Source: an uncultured Chroococcidiopsis sp. (GTDB lineage Bacteria; Cyanobacteriota; Cyanobacteriia; Cyanobacteriales; Chroococcidiopsidaceae). From it: DNA of 64,000 nt. The first letter of the stretch is position 1. Each line of letters begins with the position of its first letter. Below, one piece after another: positions 20,656 through 31,756 of the stretch. The DNA lies in assembly GCA_964248365.1 (NCBI GenBank), contig CAXTYC010000005.1, positions 64,001-128,000 on the forward strand. Reading direction: 5' to 3'. The translations under genes were made by a program, and so were the position numbers. The notes under the pieces are model-generated. The model made no database searches and had not been told where the DNA came from. It saw nothing but the letters and a program-made list of their open reading frames with translations.

Positions 20656-21675
20656 CTATCTCATATTTTGCTTGCGTTCAGCTTTGGGATCGCGGTTTGG
20701 GGCGGATGCTAGCTCTGCATCCATTAAGGTGCGCCCTGTGGCGGCAAGGTAGACATCGTCTAAGCTAGGGCGAGATTGGGCGATGCCAAATGTGGGCAAT
20801 CCAGATGAGTTGAGTAATTGTTGGATAGTAATTAGGCTGTCGTTTTGAGGGGTGACTACTAAGTTGAGCGAGTTACCCTGAGCGACGTTGATAATTACTT
20901 CTTGGACAAAGGGTAGGGATTGCAGCAGTGCTTTGGCTTTTTCTGCTTCTTCTAGGGGGGAAAATTCGCGGATGCGTAGTGTGATGCGATCGCCTCCTAC
21001 TTTGTCTTTCAAATCGCTAGGCGTTCCCGATGCAATTACCTTCCCGCGATCGATAATCGCCACGCGATCGGCTAGCGCGTCAATTTCTTCTAGATAGTGG
21101 CTGGTGATCAGTACTGTTGTCCCTGCTGCTCGTAGCTGACGTAAAAAGTCCCATACCACAAAGCGGCTTTCTATGTCAAGTCCTACTGTTGGTTCGTCTA
21201 AAACCAGCACATCGGGTGCGTGAAGTAGCCCTGCTGCCAAGTCTAAGCGCTTGCGTAAACCGCCGGAGTAAGTGCCAGTCTTTTGATCTGCATATTCCTG
21301 CAAACCGAGTAAGTTCAAGACAGTATCAATCCGCTGTTTGGCAATGGCACTTGGTAGGTGATAAAGTGCTGCTTGCAGTTGTAGCAGTTCTCGTCCAGTT
21401 AGTACTTTATCTAGAGCAACTTCTTGAGCTACATAGCCCAACCGTTGTCTTGCTGCTCTGGGATTATCTAATACAGAGATTCCAGAAACTTCTACTACTC
21501 CAGCATTCGGCGTGGATAAAGTACACAAGATGCGGAGTGTAGTAGTTTTCCCTGCTCCATTGGGACCTAGTAAACCAAAGATTTCCCCAGGTTCTACCTG
21601 AAAGGAAACATCCTTTACAGCTTCTACGTTACCGTAGCGCTTTTGAAGGTTTTGAATTAAAACAGCGGGAGCCAT
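20656..21675 (-). CDS. ABC exporter ATP-binding protein (DrrA-like)
   Basis: GPNGAGKT, YSGG, LDEPT. Confidence 0.92.
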   Translation of the reverse strand: MAPAVLIQNLQKRYGNVEAVKDVSFQVEPGEIFGLLGPNGAGKTTTLRILCTLSTPNAGVVEVSGISVLDNPRAARQRLGYVAQEVALDKVLTGRELLQLQAALYHLPSAIAKQRIDTVLNLLGLQEYADQKTGTYSGGLRKRLDLAAGLLHAPDVLVLDEPTVGLDIESRFVVWDFLRQLRAAGTTVLITSHYLEEIDALADRVAIIDRGKVIASGTPSDLKDKVGGDRITLRIREFSPLEEAEKAKALLQSLPFVQEVIINVAQGNSLNLVVTPQNDSLITIQQLLNSSGLPTFGIAQSRPSLDDVYLAATGRTLMDAELASAPNRDPKAERKQNMR

Positions 21676-21774
21676 GAATCTTTCTCCCAAAGTATACAAA
21701 TCTAAACAATATGTATCTCTATTGTATAGTTGGCACTACCCACGATGGCAATTAATATGGTGGGCAATGCCGCC

Positions 21775-22746
21775 CTACTTGATGGTGATAGCACTGGGGA
21801 GCAGATTTAGACTTCCTGCCAAAGCACCCGTTAGCTGATGAGTGATAGGTAAACTATCTACAACCATGCCAGCACACAACAGCATCATGTAGAGGATCGA
21901 GTAGAGGAAAAGCGATCGCGCTATTGTTTTACTATCTGGGTTTTGCAACAGTAGCCAAGCTTTACGAATGAAAATACTTCCCAACACCAGGGCAATAATT
22001 CCATAAACTACACCCGTTGCCTGGAAGGGATAAACCAGTAAAAATGTTGCTGGGATTAGTATCAGCGTATAAAACCAAATTTGTCGAGCCGTAGCCACAT
22101 CCCCCGCTACAACGGGCAACATTGGCACACCGACAAGGGCATAATCTTCGCGGATCATCAAAGCCAGCGCCCAGAAATGGGGAGGTGTCCACAAAAACAC
22201 AATGGCAAACAGCAACCACGCTACCCAACTTAAACCATTGGTAACAGCTGCCCAACCTACCAGAGCAGGAATTGCCCCCGCCGCCCCACCAATCACAATA
22301 TTTTGTGATGTATGACGTTTGAGTAAGTGAGTGTAGATTCCCACATAAAACACAATACCGGACATTGCCAACAAAGCGCTGATTAGATTGGCAAACACAG
22401 CCAACAAACTAAAAGAAATCACAGCCATTGCGACCGCAAATATCACAGCATCCCGCGACTGCACTCTACCAGAAGGTATAGGACGATGCCTAGTTCGCTC
22501 CATAGCATCATCAATATCACGGTCATAAACACAATTAATTGTCTGAGCAGAAGCAGCAGCCAAAGTTCCACCAGCCAGAGTTACCACTAGTAAAAACGGA
22601 TCTACCTGTCCTTTTGCGGCAATCCACATACTACCAGCAGTAGTAATCAATAACAGCGGAATAATTCGAGGCTTTGTTAGCTGATAGTAGCTTTGAATAA
22701 CTTGGAAAAAATTTTGATGGTGTCTAGAGACATTAGTCCCAATCAT
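21775..22746 (-). CDS. ctaB: Heme o synthase (protoheme IX farnesyltransferase)
   Basis: [29 protein letters not shown]. Confidence 0.95.
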   Translation of the reverse strand: MIGTNVSRHHQNFFQVIQSYYQLTKPRIIPLLLITTAGSMWIAAKGQVDPFLLVVTLAGGTLAAASAQTINCVYDRDIDDAMERTRHRPIPSGRVQSRDAVIFAVAMAVISFSLLAVFANLISALLAMSGIVFYVGIYTHLLKRHTSQNIVIGGAAGAIPALVGWAAVTNGLSWVAWLLFAIVFLWTPPHFWALALMIREDYALVGVPMLPVVAGDVATARQIWFYTLILIPATFLLVYPFQATGVVYGIIALVLGSIFIRKAWLLLQNPDSKTIARSLFLYSILYMMLLCAGMVVDSLPITHQLTGALAGSLNLLPSAITIK

Positions 22747-22921
22747 ATTTGCCGCACCAATTCCTTTAACTTTTGTAACAACAAGAGGCACTTTAACTCT
22801 TCACCGCTGTGCCAACATCCACAAAAAGAAACACAAAGTAAGCAATTCCCTTCTCTTCTTTCTTACCTTCGCGCCCTTTGCGCCTTTGCGGTAGCCTGCG
22901 GCAAGCCGCTTCGCGTCTACG

Positions 22922-23851
22922 TTAACTTATATCTGACCTCAACCAACAGTCGCGATCGCGCAATGCCAAAACAGTAAACGCTACCAAAACCCCCAGTAAA
23001 GCTGCTCCTACCGACTGGTGAGCCACTGTCAAAGGTTCGACTTGCAGGTGTAATCTGAACGTAGCAACACCTAGCAAGACTTGCAAAACCAACAACCCAC
23101 CAGCCATATTTGCCAACTGCCTTAAAGCTGGATGCAAAGCTGGGGTACGCCAAGACACAAAAACGAGGGCGGTGGTAGCAAGCGTAGGAGGAACAACACC
23201 TGCAACGTGGCTATACATGACTCCACATAACTCAAAACCTGCCAAACATTGATGTAACGCCCAGCGCGATCCTACCAAAGCGCCTAAGAGACTTTGCACA
23301 TAGACTAAGACAGCAGCAATCAAACTCAACGGGGATAACTTGCCAGCATTGCCAGTTCCTTGATAAGGTGTTAGCGCCGTGCCAATGATTAACAGCGTAG
23401 TAAAAAATAAAAGTGCTGTTCCCAGGTGCGCGGTAACAATGTCAAACCGCAGCATTTGTGTCACCGTCAATCCACCTAATACGCCTTGAAAGACGACCAG
23501 AAATAAAGCAAAAGTCGCAGTCGGAGGCAACCACTTGGGTAGTAAATTGCGCCTGAGCCAACAGAGGACTGTTAGAGCCAAAGCCCCGATGCCAATTGCT
23601 GCTGCATCCAAGCGGTGAAACCACTCCAGAAAAACTTGAAAGTTCATTTGTTTGGTTGGTACAAGCGTACCATAACACAAAGGCCAGTCTGGGCAAGCAA
23701 GACCAGCATTCATGACTCTTGTGGCGCTACCAATCGCCATCAAGATGAGTGTAGCTATACACAGTTTCCATACCAGCCGCCGAATTTTTTCTTTTGGCTG
23801 TGACTGCTCAGTCGAGTCTAAAGTTTGTCTGTGCAGGACGTATTCGGTCAT
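22922..23851 (-). CDS. ctaA: Heme a synthase (COX15/CtaA)
   Basis: GLACPDWPLC, EWFHR, conserved His residues in TM helices. Confidence 0.93.
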   Translation of the reverse strand: MTEYVLHRQTLDSTEQSQPKEKIRRLVWKLCIATLILMAIGSATRVMNAGLACPDWPLCYGTLVPTKQMNFQVFLEWFHRLDAAAIGIGALALTVLCWLRRNLLPKWLPPTATFALFLVVFQGVLGGLTVTQMLRFDIVTAHLGTALLFFTTLLIIGTALTPYQGTGNAGKLSPLSLIAAVLVYVQSLLGALVGSRWALHQCLAGFELCGVMYSHVAGVVPPTLATTALVFVSWRTPALHPALRQLANMAGGLLVLQVLLGVATFRLHLQVEPLTVAHQSVGAALLGVLVAFTVLALRDRDCWLRSDIS

Positions 23852-24357
23852 GGACTGTACCTTTTGTCTGTCTCTTGTGCGATCGCCACTTTACAAGTTT
23901 GTAAGTGTTAACTCACTTCCACCCTAGCGCATGGTAAGTAGGACAACTGGAAAAAACAGCCCACGTCAAACTAGATAACCCATGACGTACAACAGATCCG
24001 ACAACACACGGTCGGCTGTTTTTTTATCTCCAGTTACGTTAAGTGCGTTTCATTAGCTTGCTGTTGTTCTTACTGTGAAGGATAAAACCACTCAATTGCA
24101 AAAGCTTTAGGGATTTTTAAAGTGTTAGGGTTTTGATACGCCTATACTGGGGAGTAGTCATAATAGCTTTATTTTTCTTAACATATGACTGAAGCTAGGC
24201 GTGGCTGCAAGAACATGGTGCTATAACAAGAGCGATCCCAAAGAAAATAGAAAAAATCAGATTTGGCTGACACATCATCTTGAATTGCTGCACTACCTTG
24301 GTAAGTAAGTAAAGCTGATTATTTAAGAACAAGTTACAAGTACTCTACTAGCTAACC

Positions 24358-25446
24358 GTGAACATCCCAAGTTCTATTTGGACTTTATTGCTCGGTATCG
24401 GGCTGACACTGATCAGCCTCTGGTACGGTCAAAATCATGGACTGTTACCCACACCAGCTTCCGATGAAGCCCTGTTGGTGGATGGGCTATTTAACAGCAT
24501 GATGACTATATCTGTAGGTCTGTTTCTCTTGGTCGAGGGCATTCTGATTTATACAGCATTTAAATTTCGCCGTCGTCCAGGTGATGATTCGGATGCCCCG
24601 CCAGTATTTGGTAACGTGCCGCTAGAAATTCTCTGGACGGCGATCCCAGCGATTGTTGTGATCGGGATTTCTATATATAGTTTCGAGGTGTACAATTCGA
24701 TTGGTGGCTTCAGTCCTCATGACATCCATGACGCTCCTGTAACACAGGAGGCAGCCAGAATGCCCCACGCTGCGATCGCGGCAACTCTAAGCGATACACC
24801 TCTTAACACACAACCTAATCAGAATCAGCAAAAATCCGATGAGGCAATGCAAGATCCAGCTACAGCCTCAGTTCGCAATTCTGACCAAATACCCCAAAAG
24901 AAGGATTCTCCAGGTGTAGGTATAGTTTCTCCCACAATTGGTCCAAGTCCAGAGCGCGAAGGTAAGCCACCTGGATTAATGGTAAATCTAACTGGTTTGC
25001 AGTTCGCCTGGATTGTCACCTACCCAGACACTGGCGTAGTTTCCAGTGAATTCCACGTCCCTGTAGGGCGTGAGGTGATGGTAAATATGACAGCTAACGA
25101 TGTCATTCACGCTTTCTGGGTTCCAGAACTTCGCCTGAAACAGGATGCCATTCCAGGGCGGCAAAGTGAAATTCGCTTTACACCTAGAAAGGTGGGCGAG
25201 TACCCGCTGATCTGTGCCGAACTGTGTGGTCCCTATCATGGAGCAATGAAGACCAAATTCATTATCGAAACACCAGAAGCATTTGACCAATGGATGCAAG
25301 AGCAACAAGTAGCAAGCCTCGAAGCTTTAAATCAAGCTATAGCTGTCAATCCGGCTGTATCACCAAATGAATTTCTCGCTCCTTACACCAACAACATGGG
25401 AATTGAGCCACAAACACTTACTCAACTGCACAACCATCATCACTAA
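24358..25446 (+). CDS. ctaC: Cytochrome c oxidase subunit II
   Basis: DVIHAFW and CAELCGPYHGAM CuA motif. Confidence 0.95.
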   Translation: MNIPSSIWTLLLGIGLTLISLWYGQNHGLLPTPASDEALLVDGLFNSMMTISVGLFLLVEGILIYTAFKFRRRPGDDSDAPPVFGNVPLEILWTAIPAIVVIGISIYSFEVYNSIGGFSPHDIHDAPVTQEAARMPHAAIAATLSDTPLNTQPNQNQQKSDEAMQDPATASVRNSDQIPQKKDSPGVGIVSPTIGPSPEREGKPPGLMVNLTGLQFAWIVTYPDTGVVSSEFHVPVGREVMVNMTANDVIHAFWVPELRLKQDAIPGRQSEIRFTPRKVGEYPLICAELCGPYHGAMKTKFIIETPEAFDQWMQEQQVASLEALNQAIAVNPAVSPNEFLAPYTNNMGIEPQTLTQLHNHHH

Positions 25447-25659
25447 ACGGCTAGGAGGCAGAAGTCAGAAGACAGGAGAAGGATGAAGGGTAAAGAGTAA
25501 AGGGTAAAGGGTAAAGGGTAATAGGTATTGCGGTAAGGGTAAAGGAAATTCATAATTTCTCCCTTTTGCTTCCCCTGCTCACCCTGCTCCCTTTTGCTCC
25601 CTGTGCTCCCTCTGCTCTCTTCTAGCCCCTAGCCTCCAGCAAAAGCGCCCCTTCTTCTT

Positions 25660-27405
25660 ATGACACAAGTACAGCTGCAAGAAAGAGCCAATCTACCTGC
25701 CTTAGAAGAGGAACCAGGGCAGAGAAATTGGCGAGATTACTTTACCTTCAACACCGACCATAAGGTAATTGGGATTCAATACCTTGTCACCACGTTTATT
25801 TTTTACTGTATTGGCGGTGTACTGGCTGACTTAGTTCGCACAGAACTGAAAACGCCAGATGTAGATTTTGTTAGCCGAGAAGTCTACAACAGCCTGTTTA
25901 CCCTCCACGCCACAATCATGATTTTTTTGTGGATCGTCCCAGCAGGAGCGGGTTTTGCTAACTACTTAATCCCGCTGATGATTGGGGCGAAGGATATGGC
26001 ATTCCCCCGCTTGAATGCCGTTGCCTTTTGGATGATTCCACCAGCTGGTTTGCTGCTAATCAGCAGTTTAGTGCTGGGTGATGCAGCAGATGCAGGTTGG
26101 ACAAGCTATCCTCCCCTTAGCCTAGTTACTGGGCAATTGGGTGAGGGAATTTGGATTATGAGCGTCCTGTTGCTTGGTACTTCATCAATTTTGGGTGCAA
26201 TCAATTTTCTTGTCACCCTGTTAAAGATGCGGACACCAGGAATGACCGTCCATCAAATGCCCTTATTCTGCTGGGCAATGTTTGCCACCTCCGCTATCAC
26301 CTTGTTGTCAACGCCCGTATTGGCAGGTGCTTTGATTCTGCTTGCCTTTGACTTATTTGCAGGAACTACATTCTTTAATCCAACTGGGGGCGGCGATCCC
26401 ATCGTTTACCAGCATATGTTCTGGTTTTATTCCCACCCAGCGGTTTACATCATGATTTTACCCTTCTTTGGGGTGATTTCAGAGGTGATTCCCGTTAATG
26501 CCCGTAAGCCAATTTTCGGTTATAAGGCGATCGCCTATTCCAGCCTTGCCATTAGCTTTCTGGGTCTGATCGTCTGGGCGCACCATATGTTTACCAGTGG
26601 TATCCCAGGCTGGCTGAGGATGTTTTTCATGATCACTACGATGATCATCGCCGTACCAACTGGGATTAAGGTGTTCAGTTGGTTGGGAACTCTCTGGGGG
26701 GGCAAACTCCGATTAAATACTGCCTTGCTGTTTGCAATGGGCTTTGTCAGTCTATTCGTAATCGGCGGCATTAGTGGCGTGATGTTGGCGGCTGTGCCGT
26801 TCGATATCCACGTTCACGATACCTATTTTGTAGTGGCACACCTGCACTACGTTTTGTTTGGTGGATCAGTATTTGGCATTTATTCCGGTTTCTACCACTG
26901 GTTCCCCAAAATGACCGGACGGATGCTGAACGAATTTTGGGGTAAGGTTCACTTTGCCTTGACCTATATCGGGATGAATTTATGCTTTCTCCCCATGCAC
27001 AAGCTGGGGATGATGGGCATGAACCGCCGAATTGCTGAGTATGACCCCAAATTTGCCACACTGAACTTCATTTGCACAATGGGAGCTTATCTACTGGCAG
27101 TTTCCACATTACCCTTCATTGTCAATGCAATTTGGAGTTGGATGCACGGTCCCAAGGCTGGTAATAATCCCTGGCAAGCTCTCACCCTAGAATGGATGAC
27201 TACCTCGCCACCAGCGATCGAGAATTTTGATAAACTGCCCGTTTTGGCAAGTGGTCCTTATGACTACGGTATGGACAGAAGCAAAAAAGAGGTGGATGTA
27301 CCCTTATCTGATGCTGATAATCCAACCTTGTCTGCTGGTCCTAATTCCGTCTTAAGGGCAGATCCAGATCCCAATTTTGCTGCCCAACCAGAAGACCGGA
27401 AATAA
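25660..27405 (+). CDS. ctaD: Cytochrome c oxidase subunit I
   Basis: WFYSHPAVY, VWAHHMF, VAHLHYV. Confidence 0.97.
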   Translation: MTQVQLQERANLPALEEEPGQRNWRDYFTFNTDHKVIGIQYLVTTFIFYCIGGVLADLVRTELKTPDVDFVSREVYNSLFTLHATIMIFLWIVPAGAGFANYLIPLMIGAKDMAFPRLNAVAFWMIPPAGLLLISSLVLGDAADAGWTSYPPLSLVTGQLGEGIWIMSVLLLGTSSILGAINFLVTLLKMRTPGMTVHQMPLFCWAMFATSAITLLSTPVLAGALILLAFDLFAGTTFFNPTGGGDPIVYQHMFWFYSHPAVYIMILPFFGVISEVIPVNARKPIFGYKAIAYSSLAISFLGLIVWAHHMFTSGIPGWLRMFFMITTMIIAVPTGIKVFSWLGTLWGGKLRLNTALLFAMGFVSLFVIGGISGVMLAAVPFDIHVHDTYFVVAHLHYVLFGGSVFGIYSGFYHWFPKMTGRMLNEFWGKVHFALTYIGMNLCFLPMHKLGMMGMNRRIAEYDPKFATLNFICTMGAYLLAVSTLPFIVNAIWSWMHGPKAGNNPWQALTLEWMTTSPPAIENFDKLPVLASGPYDYGMDRSKKEVDVPLSDADNPTLSAGPNSVLRADPDPNFAAQPEDRK

Positions 27406-27614
27406 AGGATGAAGGGGAAAGGCTAAAGGTTAAAGGGAAAGGGGAAAAAGTCAAGGGTCAAGGGTCAAGGGTCAAGGGAAAGAATTAGTATTCTTCGACC
27501 TACTCCTCACCTCCTGGCTTCTGTCTCCTGTCGTGGGTCTCCTGTCTCCTTCATCCTTCGCGCCTTCATCCTTCATCCTTCGCGTCCTTCATCCTTCTTA
27601 CTTTTTGAAGATTC

Positions 27615-28238
27615 ATGCAAAGTCCAACCATTGATCCAGCTAAGACTTCTCTCAATTATCATCACACCGAAGCCCAGAGCGATCATCACGAAGAGCATCC
27701 AGATTTCCGGCTGTTTGGGCTGATTGTCTTTTTGGTAGCTGAGGGTATGATTTTTCTCGGAATGTTTGGAGCTTATGTGGCATTTCGCTCTACCTTACCA
27801 AGTTGGCCACCGGAAGGAACACCAGAGTTAGAGCTGTTGCTACCGGGAATTAACACTATAATTCTGATTTCTAGCAGTTTCGTCATTCACAATGCTGACA
27901 CAGCGATTAAAAAGAATGATGTCGGCGGTATGAGAACCTGGCTAGCAATTACTGCTGCGATGGGTACTATTTTCCTAGCAGGACAGTTGTATGAATATAG
28001 CCATCTGGAGTTTGGTCTGACAACCAATCTCTTTGCTAGTGCCTTTTATGTCCTGACTGGTTTTCACGGGCTGCACGTTACTGTAGGAGTTTTGGCGATT
28101 CTTGCCGTATTATGGCGATCGCGTACTTCTGATCGCTACAGCAAAGAACATCACTTTGGTGTAGAAGCAGCAGAAATTTACTGGCACTTTGTTGATGTAG
28201 TGTGGATTATTCTATTTGGTCTGTTGTATTTGCTCTAA
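27615..28238 (+). CDS. ctaE: Cytochrome c oxidase subunit III
   Basis: TGFHGLHV, YWHFVDVVW. Confidence 0.95.
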   Translation: MQSPTIDPAKTSLNYHHTEAQSDHHEEHPDFRLFGLIVFLVAEGMIFLGMFGAYVAFRSTLPSWPPEGTPELELLLPGINTIILISSSFVIHNADTAIKKNDVGGMRTWLAITAAMGTIFLAGQLYEYSHLEFGLTTNLFASAFYVLTGFHGLHVTVGVLAILAVLWRSRTSDRYSKEHHFGVEAAEIYWHFVDVVWIILFGLLYLL

Positions 28239-28262
28239 ACCTGAAGCTTGCACTTGCTTAAT

Positions 28263-28290
28263 AAAAAGCCTCCCATTGGGAGGTTTTTTG
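28263..28290. terminator. Bidirectional intrinsic terminator
   Basis: AAAAAGCCTCCC-ATT-GGGAGGTTTTTT between convergent genes. Confidence 0.85.
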
Positions 28291-28423
28291 TCATGTTGGC
28301 AATGCCGAGCTATTTTTAATTAACCTGACATAGGTAATGGTAATTCGTAATTAAAAAACCAACTACCAGGAAAGACGTAGCACAGCGATCGTCTCTACCT
28401 GTACAAATGTAGCAGTGCTAGGT

Positions 28424-29629
28424 CTAAGCACTTTGAGATTTTCGCTCTTCTAATATAACTATATGATTCTGGGAATCTACAGTTATTTTGCCTTGGTCTT
28501 GTAGCTTTCCTAGCATTCTCGTAATTGTTACTCTGGTAGTAGAACAGGCGGCTGCAAGATCTTGATGGGTGAGGCGAACACTTAAACGGGTTCCTCGCTC
28601 GACAGGTTGACCAACTTCTTGTTTCAATAGCAACAATAAATTGTACAATCGGTCTTTCGCGTGTCTCTGTCCAGAAATGGCTAAGAGTGCTTCTGTTTGT
28701 CGAAGTCGTTGATTAATTTGAGGTAATATTTTTTGCGCGATCTGAGGAATTGTTGCTATATCTTTGAGGGAAAAGCTGACTAGTTCAACGTCACACAGCG
28801 CAGTAGCTTGATATGTCTTCAAACTCGTCAATTCAGCACCAAAAGCCATTGAAGGTCTTACCAACCCCACAAGCACTTCTTCTCCAGCTTCGGTAATTGT
28901 ACTTAACTTTACAATACCTCGACGAACTTGCCAAATAACTTGGGGTTTGATAGAGATAGTCTCTCCCTTTAAATAAACGTGTTTTTGCCAATCTTCGCTT
29001 GAAGCGTCGTCGAAGTATGCTTCTTGCTCTGTCTTTGTCCAATTGCGCGGCTCATCAGGCTTAGCATCGCTAAAATAGCGTATACACAAGCGTATTCCTA
29101 TTACCTTACCAGTGCGATCGCGTACAATAGTTCCCATCAGGGAAGCTTGAAAAGGCTGACTATCTCGCGGACAAAGAAATATTTTCCACTCTTTCACCTG
29201 TTCTATTGTTTGCAGTTGCAGTAGTTGCAGATGAAAGGTTTGTCGCTCGTCCTCAGCCACAAATACTAGCAGTGGTTTACCCACCAAGAAACGCTGCGAC
29301 ACGTTAAGTAATTTAGCAGCGGCGTGGTTGGCTTCTTGGATTGTCCCTGCTGTATCAGTCATTAGGTAGCCATAGGGTGCAAACTCGAACAATTCCTGAT
29401 AACGCTGGCGTTCTGTTTCCAAAGCTGTTTGTGCAAAGGCAAGTTCTACATTTTGCTGCTGTAGCTCTTCCACAGCAACTTGTAGTTCTTCCGAAACGAT
29501 TCCAAGCTCTTTAAAAGCTAATGGCAATAAATCCGGTTGTAACTTTGCTGAAGCAGTAGCACCTTGATATAAATTATGCAATCGCCCTTGCATAAACTGT
29601 ATTTGCTGAGCAAAGCTGTCTACGTTCAT
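28424..29629 (-). CDS. Coiled-coil/PAS/Crp-family transcriptional regulator
   Basis: RYQELFEFAPYGY PAS entry; C-terminal RLTHQDLAAACSTTRVTITR HTH; ATG at 29629 with GGGGGA upstream. Confidence 0.85.
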   Translation of the reverse strand: MNVDSFAQQIQFMQGRLHNLYQGATASAKLQPDLLPLAFKELGIVSEELQVAVEELQQQNVELAFAQTALETERQRYQELFEFAPYGYLMTDTAGTIQEANHAAAKLLNVSQRFLVGKPLLVFVAEDERQTFHLQLLQLQTIEQVKEWKIFLCPRDSQPFQASLMGTIVRDRTGKVIGIRLCIRYFSDAKPDEPRNWTKTEQEAYFDDASSEDWQKHVYLKGETISIKPQVIWQVRRGIVKLSTITEAGEEVLVGLVRPSMAFGAELTSLKTYQATALCDVELVSFSLKDIATIPQIAQKILPQINQRLRQTEALLAISGQRHAKDRLYNLLLLLKQEVGQPVERGTRLSVRLTHQDLAAACSTTRVTITRMLGKLQDQGKITVDSQNHIVILEERKSQSA

Positions 29630-30314
29630 ATAGATTCCCCCAAAAGTTCCCTTACTGGTGTGAAGTATAGATAAATTTCTTACTTGTTCACACTGACCAA
29701 TTTGAGTAATTTCATACAATTTTATCAATAATGAAAAAACAATATAGTACGTTTTTTACTCAACCCTACATAATCGACACTTTTGTGGCTATGTAGTTGT
29801 AAATCTGTATACTTCAATTTTTGTACTAAGTCCTCATATTAGCTTTATTGTATTCAATTAAACCAAATGATTTAAAATATATCCATTCTTTTGGTATAAG
29901 CTGGGATAAGCATTGATAATTACCTTATTGGGTAGTACAGTTCTCCTGGGAGTTTTCTAGAGGTTGAGAAATAGCTATGGCTTTGCGTGGGGCTTGTTTC
30001 TCCTTGTTATCAGGCTTTGACTTCTACTCTTAAAGCTCCCAGTTTTATATATTAAGATTTTTAATATTTTATCTTAAAATTTTAGATTTTAGAATGTTCA
30101 GTTTCTGTGAAAGTAGTAGAAGCAAACCAAAAAGCAGCTAGGTAATGCTCTAAACATCCGCTAAATAATTTGAATAGCAATATATTGCTTAAATTTTATT
30201 ATTTTGTATTTGCTTACACAAGAGTTTTTCAAATAGTTAAAACAATATTTGCTATTAATAGCTATCTCACAAAATTGTATTATACTACATTAATGCAATA
30301 AACAGATTTAAGAT

Positions 30315-30743
30315 TTATTGAACTTGAATATTAGGACATATAGTTTGACTGGGGTGATAATTTGAAGGCTCTTCTTGCCATAAGTCAACAATTGTTTGTA
30401 ACTCGATTTGACGAGTTTTTAATGCTTCAATTTGAGTAGCGATCGCCTGTATTTTCGACTGTAGTTGCTGTTTAACTTCAGGACAAGGTAACTCACCTTG
30501 ATCGTGCCGAGCTAGAAGTGGTTTAATTTCCTCTAAACTCAGCCCCAGGGATTGGGCGCGTTTGATAAACGCCAGTCGCTTCAGTACCTGCACATGAAAC
30601 AGGCGATAGCCAGTACTAGAGCGTTCTACCGTTGGTGCTAATAGCCCAATATCCTCGTAATAGCGGATGGTTTTCACCGACAAACCGCTCATCTGAGCTA
30701 CTTCACCAATCTTGAGTTCGTTGGTTAAAACTATTTTCTCCAT
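30315..30743 (-). CDS. MerR-family heavy-metal-responsive regulator
   Basis: IGEVA...VKTIRYYE...GYRLF, C-terminal CP. Confidence 0.9.
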   Translation of the reverse strand: MEKIVLTNELKIGEVAQMSGLSVKTIRYYEDIGLLAPTVERSSTGYRLFHVQVLKRLAFIKRAQSLGLSLEEIKPLLARHDQGELPCPEVKQQLQSKIQAIATQIEALKTRQIELQTIVDLWQEEPSNYHPSQTICPNIQVQ

Positions 30744-30841
30744 TGCGATAAATTGTTAATTTAAGTAATAAGTGATAAACGGAATTCACTACTCATTACT
30801 AAAAACGCGATATATCGTTGTCTGTACTAACTAGTGACTAC

Positions 30842-31138
30842 CTATCGCGGTGGGTTTTTCTTGGAAATCGACAATTGCGGTAACTCCTGGCTAGAGGAGT
30901 TGTAAGGTAAGTAACGCTGAGCAACGGTTTGAGGTGGTTGTGAACCACGCTGCTGGAGAATCCACCATCGTAGAGCGATCGCTATCCCTACAGTACCCAA
31001 GCCAAACCCAACCAACGCAGCGCGATCGCCCAATCCACCAATTACCGCATCAACTACCCCAATCGTAATTAAAAAGCTGGGTAGCGGCTCTTTCCGGTAC
31101 GCTGACTTCAAAAATCTCGGTAATGCGGCATTCATCAC
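30842..31138 (-). CDS. Small conserved membrane protein
   Basis: Two TM segments; YRKEP...DAVIGG cyanobacterial pattern. Confidence 0.75.
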   Translation of the reverse strand: MMNAALPRFLKSAYRKEPLPSFLITIGVVDAVIGGLGDRAALVGFGLGTVGIAIALRWWILQQRGSQPPQTVAQRYLPYNSSSQELPQLSISKKNPPR

Positions 31139-31360
31139 AATTTATTTTCTTTGATTTAAGCTATCATCTCAAATTACATACAATCTTAAAACCTATAATT
31201 CAAAACCGCATATATTTAAAGATGTAATGAATTTAATAAGGGGCTAGGGGCTAGGAGCTAGGAGCTAGGGAGAGGGGGAGAGTGAGAGACAAATTACCAA
31301 TTACCAACTACCAACTACCAATTCCAAATTACAAATTACGCGCTTACGAATTTCCTTTCT

Positions 31361-31531
31361 TTATTTTAGACCAAGCCAAGCTAGCACGCCTTGACCAGTG
31401 ATATATTCAATAATCACCATTAGCATAAAGCCAATCATCGCTGCTCGTCCATTCAAACGTTCAGCATATTCGTTAAAACCAAACTTTGGCTCTTCTAGCC
31501 TTGGTGTAGTGGTTGGTTGGGGTTGTGTCAT
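31361..31531 (-). CDS. hli: High-light-inducible protein (HLIP/SCP), 56 aa, absent from the ORF track
   Basis: Manual translation MTQPQPTTTPRLEEPKFGFNEYAERLNGRAAMIGFMLMVIIEYITGQGVLAWLGLK with the ExxNGRxAM chlorophyll-binding motif. Confidence 0.93.
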   Translation of the reverse strand: MTQPQPTTTPRLEEPKFGFNEYAERLNGRAAMIGFMLMVIIEYITGQGVLAWLGLK

Positions 31532-31624
31532 CATGTATTAACCTCTGTTTGCACAATTAATAATATTAGTAGTGCTGCCCGTGTGAAAGTGTAAAAGCAG
31601 GCTTTTATACTATCTCACTGCTTA

Positions 31625-31650
31625 ATTACGATTTGTTACTATTTTACACT
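31625..31650. promoter_or_regulatory. Possible HLR1-like (RpaB) direct repeats upstream of hli
   Basis: ATTACGAT-TT-GTTACTAT-T-TTACAC, an imperfect match to (G/T)TTACA(T/A)(T/A)-N2 repeats. Confidence 0.4.
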
Positions 31651-31756
31651 GATTGTGACAATTTCTACTAGCTGCTCAAATCGCAACCTTTGACACATAT
31701 GGAATTGCTTTGACGAGCTTAAGCTAGATACAGGAGTCTTCTTGTAGAAGTAGCAA

